64,000 bases of DNA from an uncultured delta proteobacterium (lineage in GTDB: Bacteria; Myxococcota_A; Polyangia; Polyangiales; B10-G4): positions 32,001 to 96,000 of the forward strand of contig CAVSGI010000012.1 in the NCBI GenBank assembly GCA_963727445.1, written 5' to 3'. The first letter of the stretch is position 1; the number at the start of each line of letters is the position of its first letter. Made by a program: the position numbers and the translations under genes. Positions 18,761-27,737 of this stretch are shown here, piece by piece. Under the pieces are notes generated by a model. The model was not told the DNA's origin. It did not search any database and saw only the letters and a program-made list of their open reading frames with translations.

Positions 18761-19500
18761 CGTCATTTCACGATCGACCGCGGCATCACGTCCGGCGTGT
18801 ACTGGCGCGTCAGAGAGGAGACGCCGGGGGCTGGGGACGGTCACGTCCACTGGCATGCACTGGTCGTCATGCCGTACGTCCATCATGCGATCCTGAGAAT
18901 GCTATGGGCCCGAGCGCTGCCGGCCGAGTATCAGAGTCGCCTGCCGAGGCGTCGCGTCGTGCGTACCGATGGCTACAACGGCGAGGTACGCGCGATCGAG
19001 CGGCTCAGCCACGAGCCCAGCGAGTTCGGCGACCACGAGGATGAGCCAATCGCACTGTATCGCGAGGACATCGAGTCGCCGGTCGTGCGTGAGCATCTAC
19101 ACCGTGCTCTGCGCACGCGCCGGGGTCCGCACGGCCGGCCGCTGACCGACGTGCCCTGGCCCGTCGTCGACATCCGCGGCGCCGCCGACCACCACGGCGG
19201 ACGGCGATCGCGGAGCGACGAGCAGGCGGCCCGAGCTAGGACTGGTGGATCCAGATCTCGCAGCGCGACTTTACGAGGCTGTCGACGGTCAGCGACGCAC
19301 CGCGTGTAGCGCAACGCGACGCGACCACCACCGCATCGTACGCGCCGGATGGTGGGTGGTAGAGCACCTGCGACCCTACGTCCGCGAGTGCCCGGACTGC
19401 GGTCATCGTGGTCCACTGGACGTCGAGATCGAGCGGGCCGAGGTTGCGACGGAGCGTGGGGCCCGAGCGTCGCCGACCATCGGCCACGCCTCCGACGCGT
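18761..19500 (+). pseudogene. Degenerate rolling-circle replication initiator (HUH Rep) fragment
   Basis: YWRVREETPG...GHVHWHALVVMPY..H..LR.LW (HUH motif II), PVVDIR, then in another frame LYEAVDGQRR..CS and CPDCG. N-terminus and catalytic YxxK motif are missing. Confidence 0.6.
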
Positions 19501-19506
19501 ATGGTG

Positions 19507-19691
19507 TCACCGGCCGCCGCATGCCGGCTCACACCTCCGAGGGCCGTCCGGGGTGTCGCTGACGCACAGGTATCCGCCCGGACAGACGAGGGTGCGAGTG
19601 CACTGGCAAGGGGGTGGAGGAGCACCGCCGGACCCAGGGTCCGGACAGTAATCGCCCATGTCACAGGCGGCATTGACGCCGCCATGGTCGA
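19507..19691 (-). pseudogene. Orphan C-terminal tail of a Cys-rich protein
   Basis: ACDMGDYCPDP...CQCTRTLVCPGGYLCV...RCEPAC; truncated at the repeat starting 19692. Confidence 0.55.
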
Positions 19692-19797
19692 AGGGAGAAC
19701 AGCCCGACGTACCCGAAAATCCGCCCAGCCGGCGCGCTCGGCGGGTGGCGGCCGGCGGCGGTTCGCCGGCGGCCGCCGCTGTCGCGGCGCTGAAAGC
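19692..19797 (+). repeat. Upstream end repeat of the RAYT-like transposase
   Basis: AGGGAGAACAGCCCGACGTACCCGAAAATCCGCCCAGCCGGCGCGCTCGGCGG plus a GC-rich hairpin (GCGGCCG-GCGG...CCGGCGGCCGC). Confidence 0.85.
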
Positions 19798-19819
19798 GCC
19801 CTGATCCCGGACGCGACTC

Positions 19820-21136
19820 GTGGGCACGAAAGCTGCCTCGGCCACGGCCGTGACCGACCCTCGCATCGTGGTCGCGGGCGCGACGACCGCGCTCGTGCGC
19901 CGGACGACGCTGCGCAAGGCGTTCCTCGCGCCCTGGGACCCGATGGTCGAACAGATCTGGCTCTACGCGCTCGCCGACGCGCAGCGCGAGACCGATGTCG
20001 ACGTCCACTTCTCGGGCCTGTTCGTCACACACCACCACACGGACGTGACGCCCACCACGAACAATCTGCCCGAGTTCACGCGGCGTTTTCACCGCGACCT
20101 GAGCTGCGGTCTTCACACGCTCCTCTGCGAGCACAAGTATGACGCGCCCCACGAGCTGCTCGACGACCGGTCGACCCATTGGACCCGCCTCGTCGACGCG
20201 CCCGCCCAGGCGAGCCGCCTGGTGTACGACGCGGTCAATGCCGTCGCTGCGGGCCTCGTCGCGCGCCCCGAGGACATGCCCCTGCGCTTCCTCGACTTCG
20301 GGCTTTGGAAGGGCGGATACATCGAGGTCGAGCGGCCACCACTGTACTTCGCCAAGAGCCGCCCGAGATCCCTGAGGCTCCGCCTGACGCCGACGCCGCT
20401 CCTTTACCGAGCCTTCGGCGGCGACGTCGACGCGCTCATCTTCCACATGCGGCGGCTCACCCGCGACGCCGTCAAGGCCCTCCGCGCCGCCCGCGCCGGG
20501 CCCGTGCTCGGCGCCAAAGGCGTGCGGCGCCTTCACCCCTGGGATGAGCCGCGCACCCTGCGCGAGTCGGGACCGACCCCGCACCGCACGTTCCGCATCG
20601 GCGCCAGCGACATCCTCGGCCGACGGCGCCGCATCGCCGCCGCCGTCGAGGTGCGTGACTTTCGACGCGGTCACCACGCCACCCGCGTCGCCCGCCGCGA
20701 TGGAGACCTCGAGGCGCGTTATCCCTTCGGCACCTACGCCGCACACGTCCACCGCGGCGAGCCTGTCGACGACGTCGACGAGGCCGCCCTCATCGCCGCC
20801 CCCGGCCCGCTCCTGAGCGACGTCGAGGCCGAGCTCGCCGACGCGCGTGTTTCGGCGGACAACGTGCGCGATGAGACGCGCCACCTCGCTCGCGCTGTCC
20901 GTGAGACCTTCGAGGACGAGGCTGGCGCCATCGCCGAAGACGCGCACCTCGACCTCGCCACCACCGTCCGCGTCCCCTTGGACCGGGCGGTGGGCGACGA
21001 CGTGACCGACCCGCGCGCGCCGGCCGTCGTCCGACGCCGCTTCGACAAGAAGCACCGCGAGGCGGCACGCCGGATCATCACCCTGCGCGACCGACGTCGT
21101 GGCAGGCCGCGGGGCTCCGACCCACCTGGCGACTGA
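19820..21136 (+). CDS. REP-associated tyrosine transposase (RAYT)/Y1 HUH transposase-like protein
   Basis: PRIVVAGAT..LVRRT..RKAFL.P; HUH THHHTDV; catalytic YDAVNAVAAGLVARPED; C-terminal ARYPFGTY; flanked by REP-like repeats. Confidence 0.8.
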   Translation: MGTKAASATAVTDPRIVVAGATTALVRRTTLRKAFLAPWDPMVEQIWLYALADAQRETDVDVHFSGLFVTHHHTDVTPTTNNLPEFTRRFHRDLSCGLHTLLCEHKYDAPHELLDDRSTHWTRLVDAPAQASRLVYDAVNAVAAGLVARPEDMPLRFLDFGLWKGGYIEVERPPLYFAKSRPRSLRLRLTPTPLLYRAFGGDVDALIFHMRRLTRDAVKALRAARAGPVLGAKGVRRLHPWDEPRTLRESGPTPHRTFRIGASDILGRRRRIAAAVEVRDFRRGHHATRVARRDGDLEARYPFGTYAAHVHRGEPVDDVDEAALIAAPGPLLSDVEAELADARVSADNVRDETRHLARAVRETFEDEAGAIAEDAHLDLATTVRVPLDRAVGDDVTDPRAPAVVRRRFDKKHREAARRIITLRDRRRGRPRGSDPPGD

Positions 21137-21316
21137 CAGCGCGCCGCGCGAGGGCGCTCGTCGTTCGGAAGTCACGCCGGGCGGCGCACGCGTGCGTTCC
21201 GGGGGCGCTGCTTGCGCGAAATTCGGGCGACCAGGCCTGAACGGCGCCGCGTTCGCGGTGTCAACCGATGACGCAAACGCGTGGCGCGCCAGATGGGAGG
21301 TTTAGACTCGGGACGT

Positions 21317-21393
21317 CACGAGGGTCGTCGGGCGCGTACGTCGGGCCGTTCCACGGCACGAGGGTCGTCGGGCGCGTACGTCGGGCCGTTCCA
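21317..21393 (+). repeat. 37-bp direct repeat x2 (40-bp period)
   Basis: CACGAGGGTCGTCGGGCGCGTACGTCGGGCCGTTCCA at 21317 and 21357. Confidence 0.9.
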
Positions 21394-21438
21394 GCTAGGC
21401 TTCGAACCTCATGCGCTGGAGATGCGCTGATAGTCGCC

Positions 21439-21987
21439 GGGGACGGTCCGAACTTCCGTGGGGGGGAACGGGGACGGTCCGAACTTCCGTAACGCGCGCG
21501 TCGGGCGGGGACGGGGGAACGGGGACGGTCCGAACTTCCGTAACGCGCGCGTCGGGCGGGCGCGTTTGACTCCATTCCACAGATTCACGAATCCCGAATG
21601 CCGGTTCGGATCAGCCGCAACCGATGCGCTGCCGGCTCGACGAGGGGCTGTGCTAGGGACGGGGGAACGGGGACGGTCCGAACTTCCGTAACGCGCGCGT
21701 CGGGCGGGCGCGTTTGACTCCATTCCACAGATTCACGAATCCCGAATGCCGGTTCGGATCAGCCGCAACCGATGCGCTGCCGGCTCGACGAGGGGCTGTG
21801 CTATGCGCGCCCGCATCTCGGCGGATCGGTGACGTGGATGGCGTGCGAAGGAGAGCTCCACACGAGGACTCGGTCGTGGCGGGGCCACTCTCAGAGGATC
21901 TGGCTCGGAGCGCCGCGTGACGGAAGTTCGAACCGTCCCCGATCGCCTGGCTCGGGGCGCCGCGTGACGGAAGTTCGGACCGTCCCC
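21439..21987. repeat. REP/REPIN-like cluster downstream of RAYT
   Basis: GGGGACGGTCCGAACTTCCGT direct at 21439, 21470, 21521 and 21669; inverted at 21920-21940 and 21967-21987; 148-bp tandem duplication 21508-21655 / 21656-21803. Confidence 0.9.
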
Positions 21988-22003
21988 GATCGCCCGATCC
22001 TCG

Positions 22004-22091
22004 CGGATCTCCTCACTCACGGCCGTGCTCCCACAGTCAACCTGGTTCGGATCTCCTCACGGATCTCCTCACGGATCTCCTGATCTCCTCA
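22004..22091 (+). repeat. Short repeat CGGATCTCCTCA
   Basis: One copy at 22004 and three to four tandem or partial copies at 22048-22091. Confidence 0.7.
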
Positions 22092-22126
22092 TTCAACCTG
22101 GAGCCGTGAGGCCGGTTGGTCGTGCC

Positions 22127-22441
22127 TCATCTCGTTTCGTCGCGTCCGCCAGAAGACACGAGAGTCCAGCTCCGATCCGAGTATCGGTAAACGCCTTGCC
22201 ACTCGCACCCAGAAACACCGACGACGACGGGCTGCCTTCGATGAACTTGCAGAAGCGTGTACTCCAAGACGTAAAAGTTGCACTCGCTTTCATACGCCGC
22301 TTGCCTGCCGACATCTTCGCGCGCGTGGTTCCATCCTCGCGCGCTGACCGACAGGCCGTTCACCCGCACCGTGCGGTCGGTACCCCCGCATCCGATCACA
22401 CCGATTCCCATCGTGAGTACGAGGACCAGCGCCAATCGCAT
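22127..22441 (-). CDS. Small lipoprotein in a lower-GC segment
   Basis: MRLALVLVLTMGIGVIGC lipobox; 104 aa. Confidence 0.65.
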   Translation of the reverse strand: MRLALVLVLTMGIGVIGCGGTDRTVRVNGLSVSARGWNHAREDVGRQAAYESECNFYVLEYTLLQVHRRQPVVVGVSGCEWQGVYRYSDRSWTLVSSGGRDETR

Positions 22442-22652
22442 GGGAGATGCCCCGCACTCTTCATACCCCAGGTTGTAATTAGGGACCGGCATCTCGGATC
22501 GACGACTGAAACTCAACGTACTCGCAAAGCGTGGAAGAAGTCGACTTGCGGTTGAAAGTCCGAGGAGATCGTGACCGGGTCGGCGCGGAGCGACTGCCTC
22601 CAAGGCCAGCACGGGTAAGAAACCGCGACAAAACCGCAGGTGGCGGACCGCC

Positions 22653-22820
22653 GGCGGGTGGCGGACGGTTCGCCGTCTTTTCGGCGCAAGTGTTGATAGC
22701 CGCCATGAACGGCCTTCCGCCACTCCCGCCATCGGGCGCGCGCGACAAAACACTCCTACTTCTCGGAAACTCGGACGTCCGGTGAAGGGGTTGGCTTTCG
22801 TGGAGCCTGGAAACCGGAGT
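22653..22820 (+). repeat. Uninterrupted dispersed repeat A+B (empty IS target)
   Basis: TTGATAG-CCGCCATGAACGGCCTTCCGCCACTCCCGCC...CTCCTACTTCTCGGAAACTCGGACGTCCGGTGAAGGGGTTGGCTTTCGTGGAGCCTGGAAACC; an imperfect IR (22653-22671 vs 22707-22730) flanks the AG core. Confidence 0.8.
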
Positions 22821-23132
22821 TTCAGGAACTGACGGTTCCTGCGCCCTTTCGCGCCCGGCGCCTACCCGGCGACGGACAGGACGCGTAGGGTGGAGGGTGA
22901 CCTCGGAGGTTCTGTCCGCCATTCGGACACAACCCGAGCGCGAGTGGCGAACGCCAGGAGTTCTGTCCGTCTTGGGGACAGGACTCGTGACGTCGAGGTC
23001 GACGTCGGCACTTCCGTTCGTCGACTCAGGTCACGTCGACGAATGCGTCTGCGCGGCCGGGAGATCGAATCGTCGCCCCGAGTGGTCAGTCGAGTGGACC
23101 CGCGCGCGTCCACGAAACAACGGAGGCATTTC

Positions 23133-23549
23133 ATGCAGACGATCGAAGAGCACGATTGCGAAGAAGAGAAGCTGAGGCGGAACGTGAACGGAGCAGTCAA
23201 CCGGCTGATCCTCGAGACCGTTCAGCTGGAGGACGATGTGCGGCGCGCGGTGCGGGAGACGCTCGAACGCTCCCTGGCCGTGGGCTGGCTCGACCACCAT
23301 TCCGCGGCGGAGGTGGAGCGTACCTATGCGATCCGCGTGTCCGAGAAGGGTGCAGAGGGGTTGTCGGAGGTCGAAGGGAGGCGCATCGCCGCGGTTCGCG
23401 TTTCGGAGCTCTTGATGGACTCGCTGCGGGAGGCGGCAGGTGCGCTCGCTCACGTCGACGGCTACGAGCTCCCGGACTCGCTGGTCCTGACCCTTCTCGT
23501 CCGACACCTTCTGGCCGTTCGGCGGTTGGAAGTCGAGCTCGAACGCTGA
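23133..23549 (+). CDS. Hypothetical helical protein
   Basis: GGAGG RBS at 23122; 138-aa ORF. Confidence 0.6.
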   Translation: MQTIEEHDCEEEKLRRNVNGAVNRLILETVQLEDDVRRAVRETLERSLAVGWLDHHSAAEVERTYAIRVSEKGAEGLSEVEGRRIAAVRVSELLMDSLREAAGALAHVDGYELPDSLVLTLLVRHLLAVRRLEVELER

Positions 23550-23550
23550 G

Positions 23551-24069
23551 TCACTCCGCGCGCAGCATCGCGACCATGTCCGTGACGCCCGGATCGCAGC
23601 CCGCTTGGCTGAGGAGCGTCGTGATCTGGCCGCGATGGTGCGTCTGGTGGTTGAAGACGTGGGCGACGGACCACCAGAGGGGTGACTCCTGTTTCTGGCC
23701 GCGGCGCACGAAGACGAGGGGGCCGGCGAGGCGCTCTGCCGTGAGCTCGGACACCCACGCGGAGAGTGCGTCGTCGGTGCGCGCTCTCTCCTGGCGGAGC
23801 TCTTCGAAATCCGCGTAGAGCTCCTGATCGAGGGAGCGGATGCCGTCGGGGCCCATGTCACCCTCGGGGATCGTCACCCCGGTGAATCGCGCGAGCCAGA
23901 TCCGGTCGGCGAGGAGGATGTGGTTGAAGGTGGCGTGAATCGACCCGAAGAACGCGCCGGCGTCGCGCTTGCGCGCTTCGTCGCTCAGCGTCGCCGCCAC
24001 CCCGTAGAGCTTGTCGTTCATCCAGCGGTTGTAGCGAGCGAGGGCGCTCACCCATTCGGGACTCGTCAT
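23551..24069 (-). CDS. DinB/YfiT family protein
   Basis: LARYNRWMN; GAFFGSIHATFNHILLADRIWL.RF; HVFNHQTHHRGQITTLL. Confidence 0.9.
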   Translation of the reverse strand: MTSPEWVSALARYNRWMNDKLYGVAATLSDEARKRDAGAFFGSIHATFNHILLADRIWLARFTGVTIPEGDMGPDGIRSLDQELYADFEELRQERARTDDALSAWVSELTAERLAGPLVFVRRGQKQESPLWWSVAHVFNHQTHHRGQITTLLSQAGCDPGVTDMVAMLRAE

Positions 24070-24265
24070 GGGAGCGACGATAGCCCGATCAGCCGATGGC
24101 GAGGAAGTGATGGTGGACCGCGCAGCTGACGACCCGACCATGGGCCGGCGTGTTTTGGAAGAATCCGGGTCGACTGGCGGCATCGGAAACCAGCGTGAGG
24201 CGGCTCGAGTCCGCGCTTTCCCCGGGGAAAGTGATCGCGGGAAGACTCAGCGCTCGTTCGCCCGC

Positions 24266-24603
24266 TCAATACCCGGCGAGCCGATACAGCCGCGCGCAGA
24301 TCGAATCGAGTCGTGGATTGAATCGGGTGACGATCTCGTCGGGGATGTACCCGAGGGCCGCCGCCGTCTCGAGGGCGACCCTCACTTCCTGGGTCGAGCC
24401 CAGCGCGATGTCGAAGTGCTTGCGGCGATTGCCGCCCCGCATCGCATTCCCTTCGCCCTGATTCAACGCGCTGCTCGTCGCGGCCCGCTCCAGCTGGTCC
24501 GCCAGCTTCGCGTTCCGCTTCTTCAGCCGCGCAATGACCGGCCGAAGCTCACGAATGATTTGGATCGTATCCCGAAGGACCTGAGGTGCGTGGTGTTGCT
24601 CAT
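24266..24603 (-). CDS. Four-helix-bundle (23S rRNA IVP/bAvd-like) protein; 1-nt frameshift after codon 8
   Basis: LADQLERAATSSALNQGEG...RRKHFDIALGSTQEV..LETA.ALGY. The ATG at 24603 is in frame only if one G is added near 24580. Confidence 0.8.
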
Positions 24604-24634
24604 ACCCCCCATGAGCAACACCACGCACCTCAGG
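24580..24634. repeat. 24-bp perfect inverted repeat covering the start of the four-helix-bundle gene
   Basis: CCTGAGGTGCGTGGTGTTGCTCAT - ACCCCCC - ATGAGCAACACCACGCACCTCAGG. Confidence 0.95.
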
Positions 24635-24643
24635 GTCCGATCA

Positions 24644-24731
24644 CGAATCCGAACTCCGACACCGAATCCGAACTCCGACACCGAATCCGACACCGAATCC
24701 GAATCCGAACTCCGAATCCGAACTCCGAATC
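24644..24731 (+). repeat. Mixed 6-7 bp tandem repeat (CGAATC/CGAACTC/CGACAC)n
   Basis: About 14 units directly adjacent to the hairpin. Confidence 0.9.
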
Positions 24732-24999
24732 AGTGCGTCTCCCCCAAGGACGTTGGAAGGGGACGCAGTGCACTCTTGACCAGCGCGGGTCGCGCGATCT
24801 GGCGACGTCCTGCGTTCGATCGCGCTCGCTGGGTTGCGTCAAAAGTGAACGACGTCCCCGCCGGGTCGGAGAGGGGCGCGTCAGCTCCGCGTCACAGGAG
24901 ATCGTGATACATCCAAAGAAACGGCCGCCTCGGCAAGATGCCTCGGCGGCCACGGATCAGATGTGCCCTCGCGGGCGTCGAGCTCTCGCTAGTGAGCGT

Positions 25000-26295
25000 T
25001 CACTCCTCTTCAGTCGCGACTTCGGTGAAGTCGGGGAGCGACTTCGTACCGAAGCTGGCCGCGAGCCCGCCGAGCATCCCGGGGATGTCCACCCCGAGAC
25101 CCTTCTCGAGCTCCTTGGAGGTGACAGCCGCGCGCGCAGCGAGGCTGCCTTTTTCTCCCGCCGAGAGGCTGCCGTCGATGACGGTCACCTCGTCGATGGG
25201 CGCGTTCGCCGCAGTGTCGAGCATCTGCCCGATGAGAGTGCCGAGCTTCTGGCTCACGAAGATGCGACGCGCATCCTCACCGGCCATCTGCCAGCTGTTG
25301 TTGACCATCCGGAGCGAGCGCGCGGTGGCGCGACCGTCCTCGACGATCTTGGACGCCTCGCCGCGCGCCTCCGCGACCATCCTGTCGCGGACCGCCTCGG
25401 CGCCGCGGATCCGGTCGGCCTCGAGCTGAAGCCGGACCTGCTCCATGCGCGCCTTCTGCACTTCGAGCTCGGCCTCTGCCCTGGCGACGAGCGCCGTGAC
25501 GTCGGCCTTCTGCTCCGCGACGAGCGCGGACTTCTTGGTGCGTGCGTCGAGGACGCGCCTCTGAGCGTCGGCGTGGGCGACGGCCATCTCCGCATCGATG
25601 CGAGCGATGGTGCGGGTCTCGTAGTTCTCCGCATCACGCTCCGCCGAAAGCGCCTGGTTCTCCGCCTCGGCGATGCGCGAGCGCATCTGGAGGTCGGCGG
25701 TCTGCTTGCGGCCGATGCTGTCGAGGTAGCCCTTGTCGTCGGAGACGTGCTGAATCTTCAGCGTGTCGAGGACGAGGCCGAGCTTCTTGAGGTCCGTGTC
25801 CGCCTCGTGGAGGAGGGACTGCGCGAACTTCACGCGGTCCTGGTTGACCTCCTCCGGCGTGAGCGTCGCGAGGACGCCGCGGAGATTGCCCTCGAGGGTC
25901 TCCTTGGCGACGCGCTCCACCTCGTGGCGGGGCTTGCCGAGGAAACGCTCGATGGCGTTGGCGATGGTGGGCTCGGTCGACGCGATCTTGACGTTGGCGA
26001 CGGCGTTCACGTTGAGCGGGATGCCGCCCTTCGAGTACGCGCCGGTGACGCGGACGTCGATGATCATGTTGGTGAGGTCGAGGCGGTCGACACTCTCGAA
26101 GAGAGGGATCTGAACGCCGCGTCCGCCCTGCACCAGCCGATAGCCGACCGTCTTGTTGTTGGCCTTGCGGGTGCTACCCGAGAAGACCAGTACCTCGTTG
26201 GGCTGACAGATGTGGATCAGCTTCTGGATGATCACCACGCCGACCACAGCCGCGAGGCCGAGGACAGCCAGGCTGAGAATGACGGTGAAGAACAT
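25000..26295 (-). CDS. Flotillin (SPFH domain) protein
   Basis: N-terminal TM; ICQPNEVLVFSG; AIERFLGK; ETLEGNLRGVLATLTPEEVNQDR.KFA; Ala/Glu-rich coiled coil. Confidence 0.92.
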   Translation of the reverse strand: MFFTVILSLAVLGLAAVVGVVIIQKLIHICQPNEVLVFSGSTRKANNKTVGYRLVQGGRGVQIPLFESVDRLDLTNMIIDVRVTGAYSKGGIPLNVNAVANVKIASTEPTIANAIERFLGKPRHEVERVAKETLEGNLRGVLATLTPEEVNQDRVKFAQSLLHEADTDLKKLGLVLDTLKIQHVSDDKGYLDSIGRKQTADLQMRSRIAEAENQALSAERDAENYETRTIARIDAEMAVAHADAQRRVLDARTKKSALVAEQKADVTALVARAEAELEVQKARMEQVRLQLEADRIRGAEAVRDRMVAEARGEASKIVEDGRATARSLRMVNNSWQMAGEDARRIFVSQKLGTLIGQMLDTAANAPIDEVTVIDGSLSAGEKGSLAARAAVTSKELEKGLGVDIPGMLGGLAASFGTKSLPDFTEVATEEE

Positions 26296-26350
26296 GGTCG
26301 TTACTTTCTTTCGCTAGTTGTTGTCGTGATGGGTTCGGTGGTGTGCGCGC

Positions 26351-27691
26351 TCACGCGGCTTCGACTTCGTCCTCACCCGAGGGCGCCGGGGGGAGGGTGT
26401 CCCGCTCGGTCTTCCGCATCGGCCTGACGGGCGCGTCACCCTTGAGGACGCCGCGCACGTCGACCCCGAAGGTGTCGTTGATGCGGTCGAGGAGCGCAGA
26501 GACGGTGGCCGGGTAGGCGTCGACATATCCGCTGATGGTGGAGCCGTCACCGGAGTCGAGGAGCGCGACCTTCCGGGCGTGCACCGCCGACGCGGCCTCG
26601 GTCACCCGCGTGAAGATGTCGTCGATCTGCTGTACGAGGACCATCTCCATCGCTTCGTCACCACACTCGCGCCACGCCTTCTGAACGTGGCTGAGGGCGG
26701 CGGCGACGGCCTCACCCTTGGCCGCGATGGTGGCGGACTCGCCTTCGGCGACGAGCTCGGCCACGCGGCGCTCGATGTCGGCAGGGATGGTGACGTCAGC
26801 GGCGAGACGAAGCTGCTCGAGCTCGGCGCGGATGGTCTGCAGCTGCTTCTCCGCTTCGGCGCGGGCGGCGTAGGCAGCCTGCTCGGCACGCTCCTCTTCG
26901 CTCCTCGCCTTGGCGTCGAGCTCGGCCTTCATCTGGCGGAGCTCGTTCTGCTTCTGCTGAACGTTTGCGTGAGCGCGGGTCTTGGCGACCTCGCCGCGGG
27001 CGGTGGCCTCGGCCTCCGACTCCTCGGCGGTACGAATCGCGTCGGACTCCGCGACCTCGGCGGTACGAATGATCTCGGCGATCCGCGTACGGCCGATGCT
27101 CTCGAGGTAGTTGCGGTCGTCGGCGACCTGCTGAATCTTCAGCGTGTCCAGCTGCAGGCCCAGCTTGGCGAGGTCGGGCCCCGCTTCGGTGGTGAGCTGG
27201 TCGGCGAACTTCAGCCGGTCCTCGTTGACCTCTTCCGGGGTCATGGTGGCGAGGACGCCGCGCAGGTGACCCTCGAGGGTCTCCTTGGCGACGCGAGCGA
27301 TCTCGTCCCGGCTCTTGCCGAGAAAGCGCTCGATGGCGTTGTTCATCACGATGGGGTTGCTCGAGACCTTCACGTTCGCGATCGCGCTCATGGCGAGCGG
27401 GATGCCGCCCTCCGAGTAGGCGCCGCTGATGGTCATGGGGACGCTGATGAGCGTCATGTCCATGCTGTCCACCTTCTCGACGATGGGCCAACGAAAGGCC
27501 CGACCGGCGGTGACGACCCGAAAGCCGATGTCCTTGCCCCCCGGGCTCTTGTTGGCGCGACCCGAGAAGATCAGGACCTCGTTCGGCTCGCAGATGTGCA
27601 GCAGCTGCCTGACGACGGCGATGACGCCGAATACGAGCGCCAGGACGCCGCCCGCAACCGCGAGCACTACGATCCAATCGATGCCGTTCAT
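26351..27691 (-). CDS. Flotillin (SPFH domain) protein
   Basis: Paralog of 25000-26295: ICEPNEVLIFSG; ETLEGHLRGVLATMTPEEVNEDRLKFA. Confidence 0.92.
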   Translation of the reverse strand: MNGIDWIVVLAVAGGVLALVFGVIAVVRQLLHICEPNEVLIFSGRANKSPGGKDIGFRVVTAGRAFRWPIVEKVDSMDMTLISVPMTISGAYSEGGIPLAMSAIANVKVSSNPIVMNNAIERFLGKSRDEIARVAKETLEGHLRGVLATMTPEEVNEDRLKFADQLTTEAGPDLAKLGLQLDTLKIQQVADDRNYLESIGRTRIAEIIRTAEVAESDAIRTAEESEAEATARGEVAKTRAHANVQQKQNELRQMKAELDAKARSEEERAEQAAYAARAEAEKQLQTIRAELEQLRLAADVTIPADIERRVAELVAEGESATIAAKGEAVAAALSHVQKAWRECGDEAMEMVLVQQIDDIFTRVTEAASAVHARKVALLDSGDGSTISGYVDAYPATVSALLDRINDTFGVDVRGVLKGDAPVRPMRKTERDTLPPAPSGEDEVEAA

Positions 27692-27737
27692 GTTCTTCTT
27701 CCTCTCTTTCTTTCTCTAATTCAGGAGTCTGTTGCGC

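Noticed and set aside
21439..21987. Possible CRISPR array (also 18603-18760 and 49577-49911)
   Set aside because: Irregular spacing, duplicated linkers and inverted copies fit REP/REPIN clusters instead.
3600..24700. Integron cassette array
   Set aside because: No integron integrase, no convincing RYYYAAC...GTTRRRY attC pairs after stop codons, and genes are in mixed orientations.
24266..24731. Diversity-generating retroelement (Avd-like gene)
   Set aside because: No reverse transcriptase and no TR/VR pair with adenine-specific mismatches seen.
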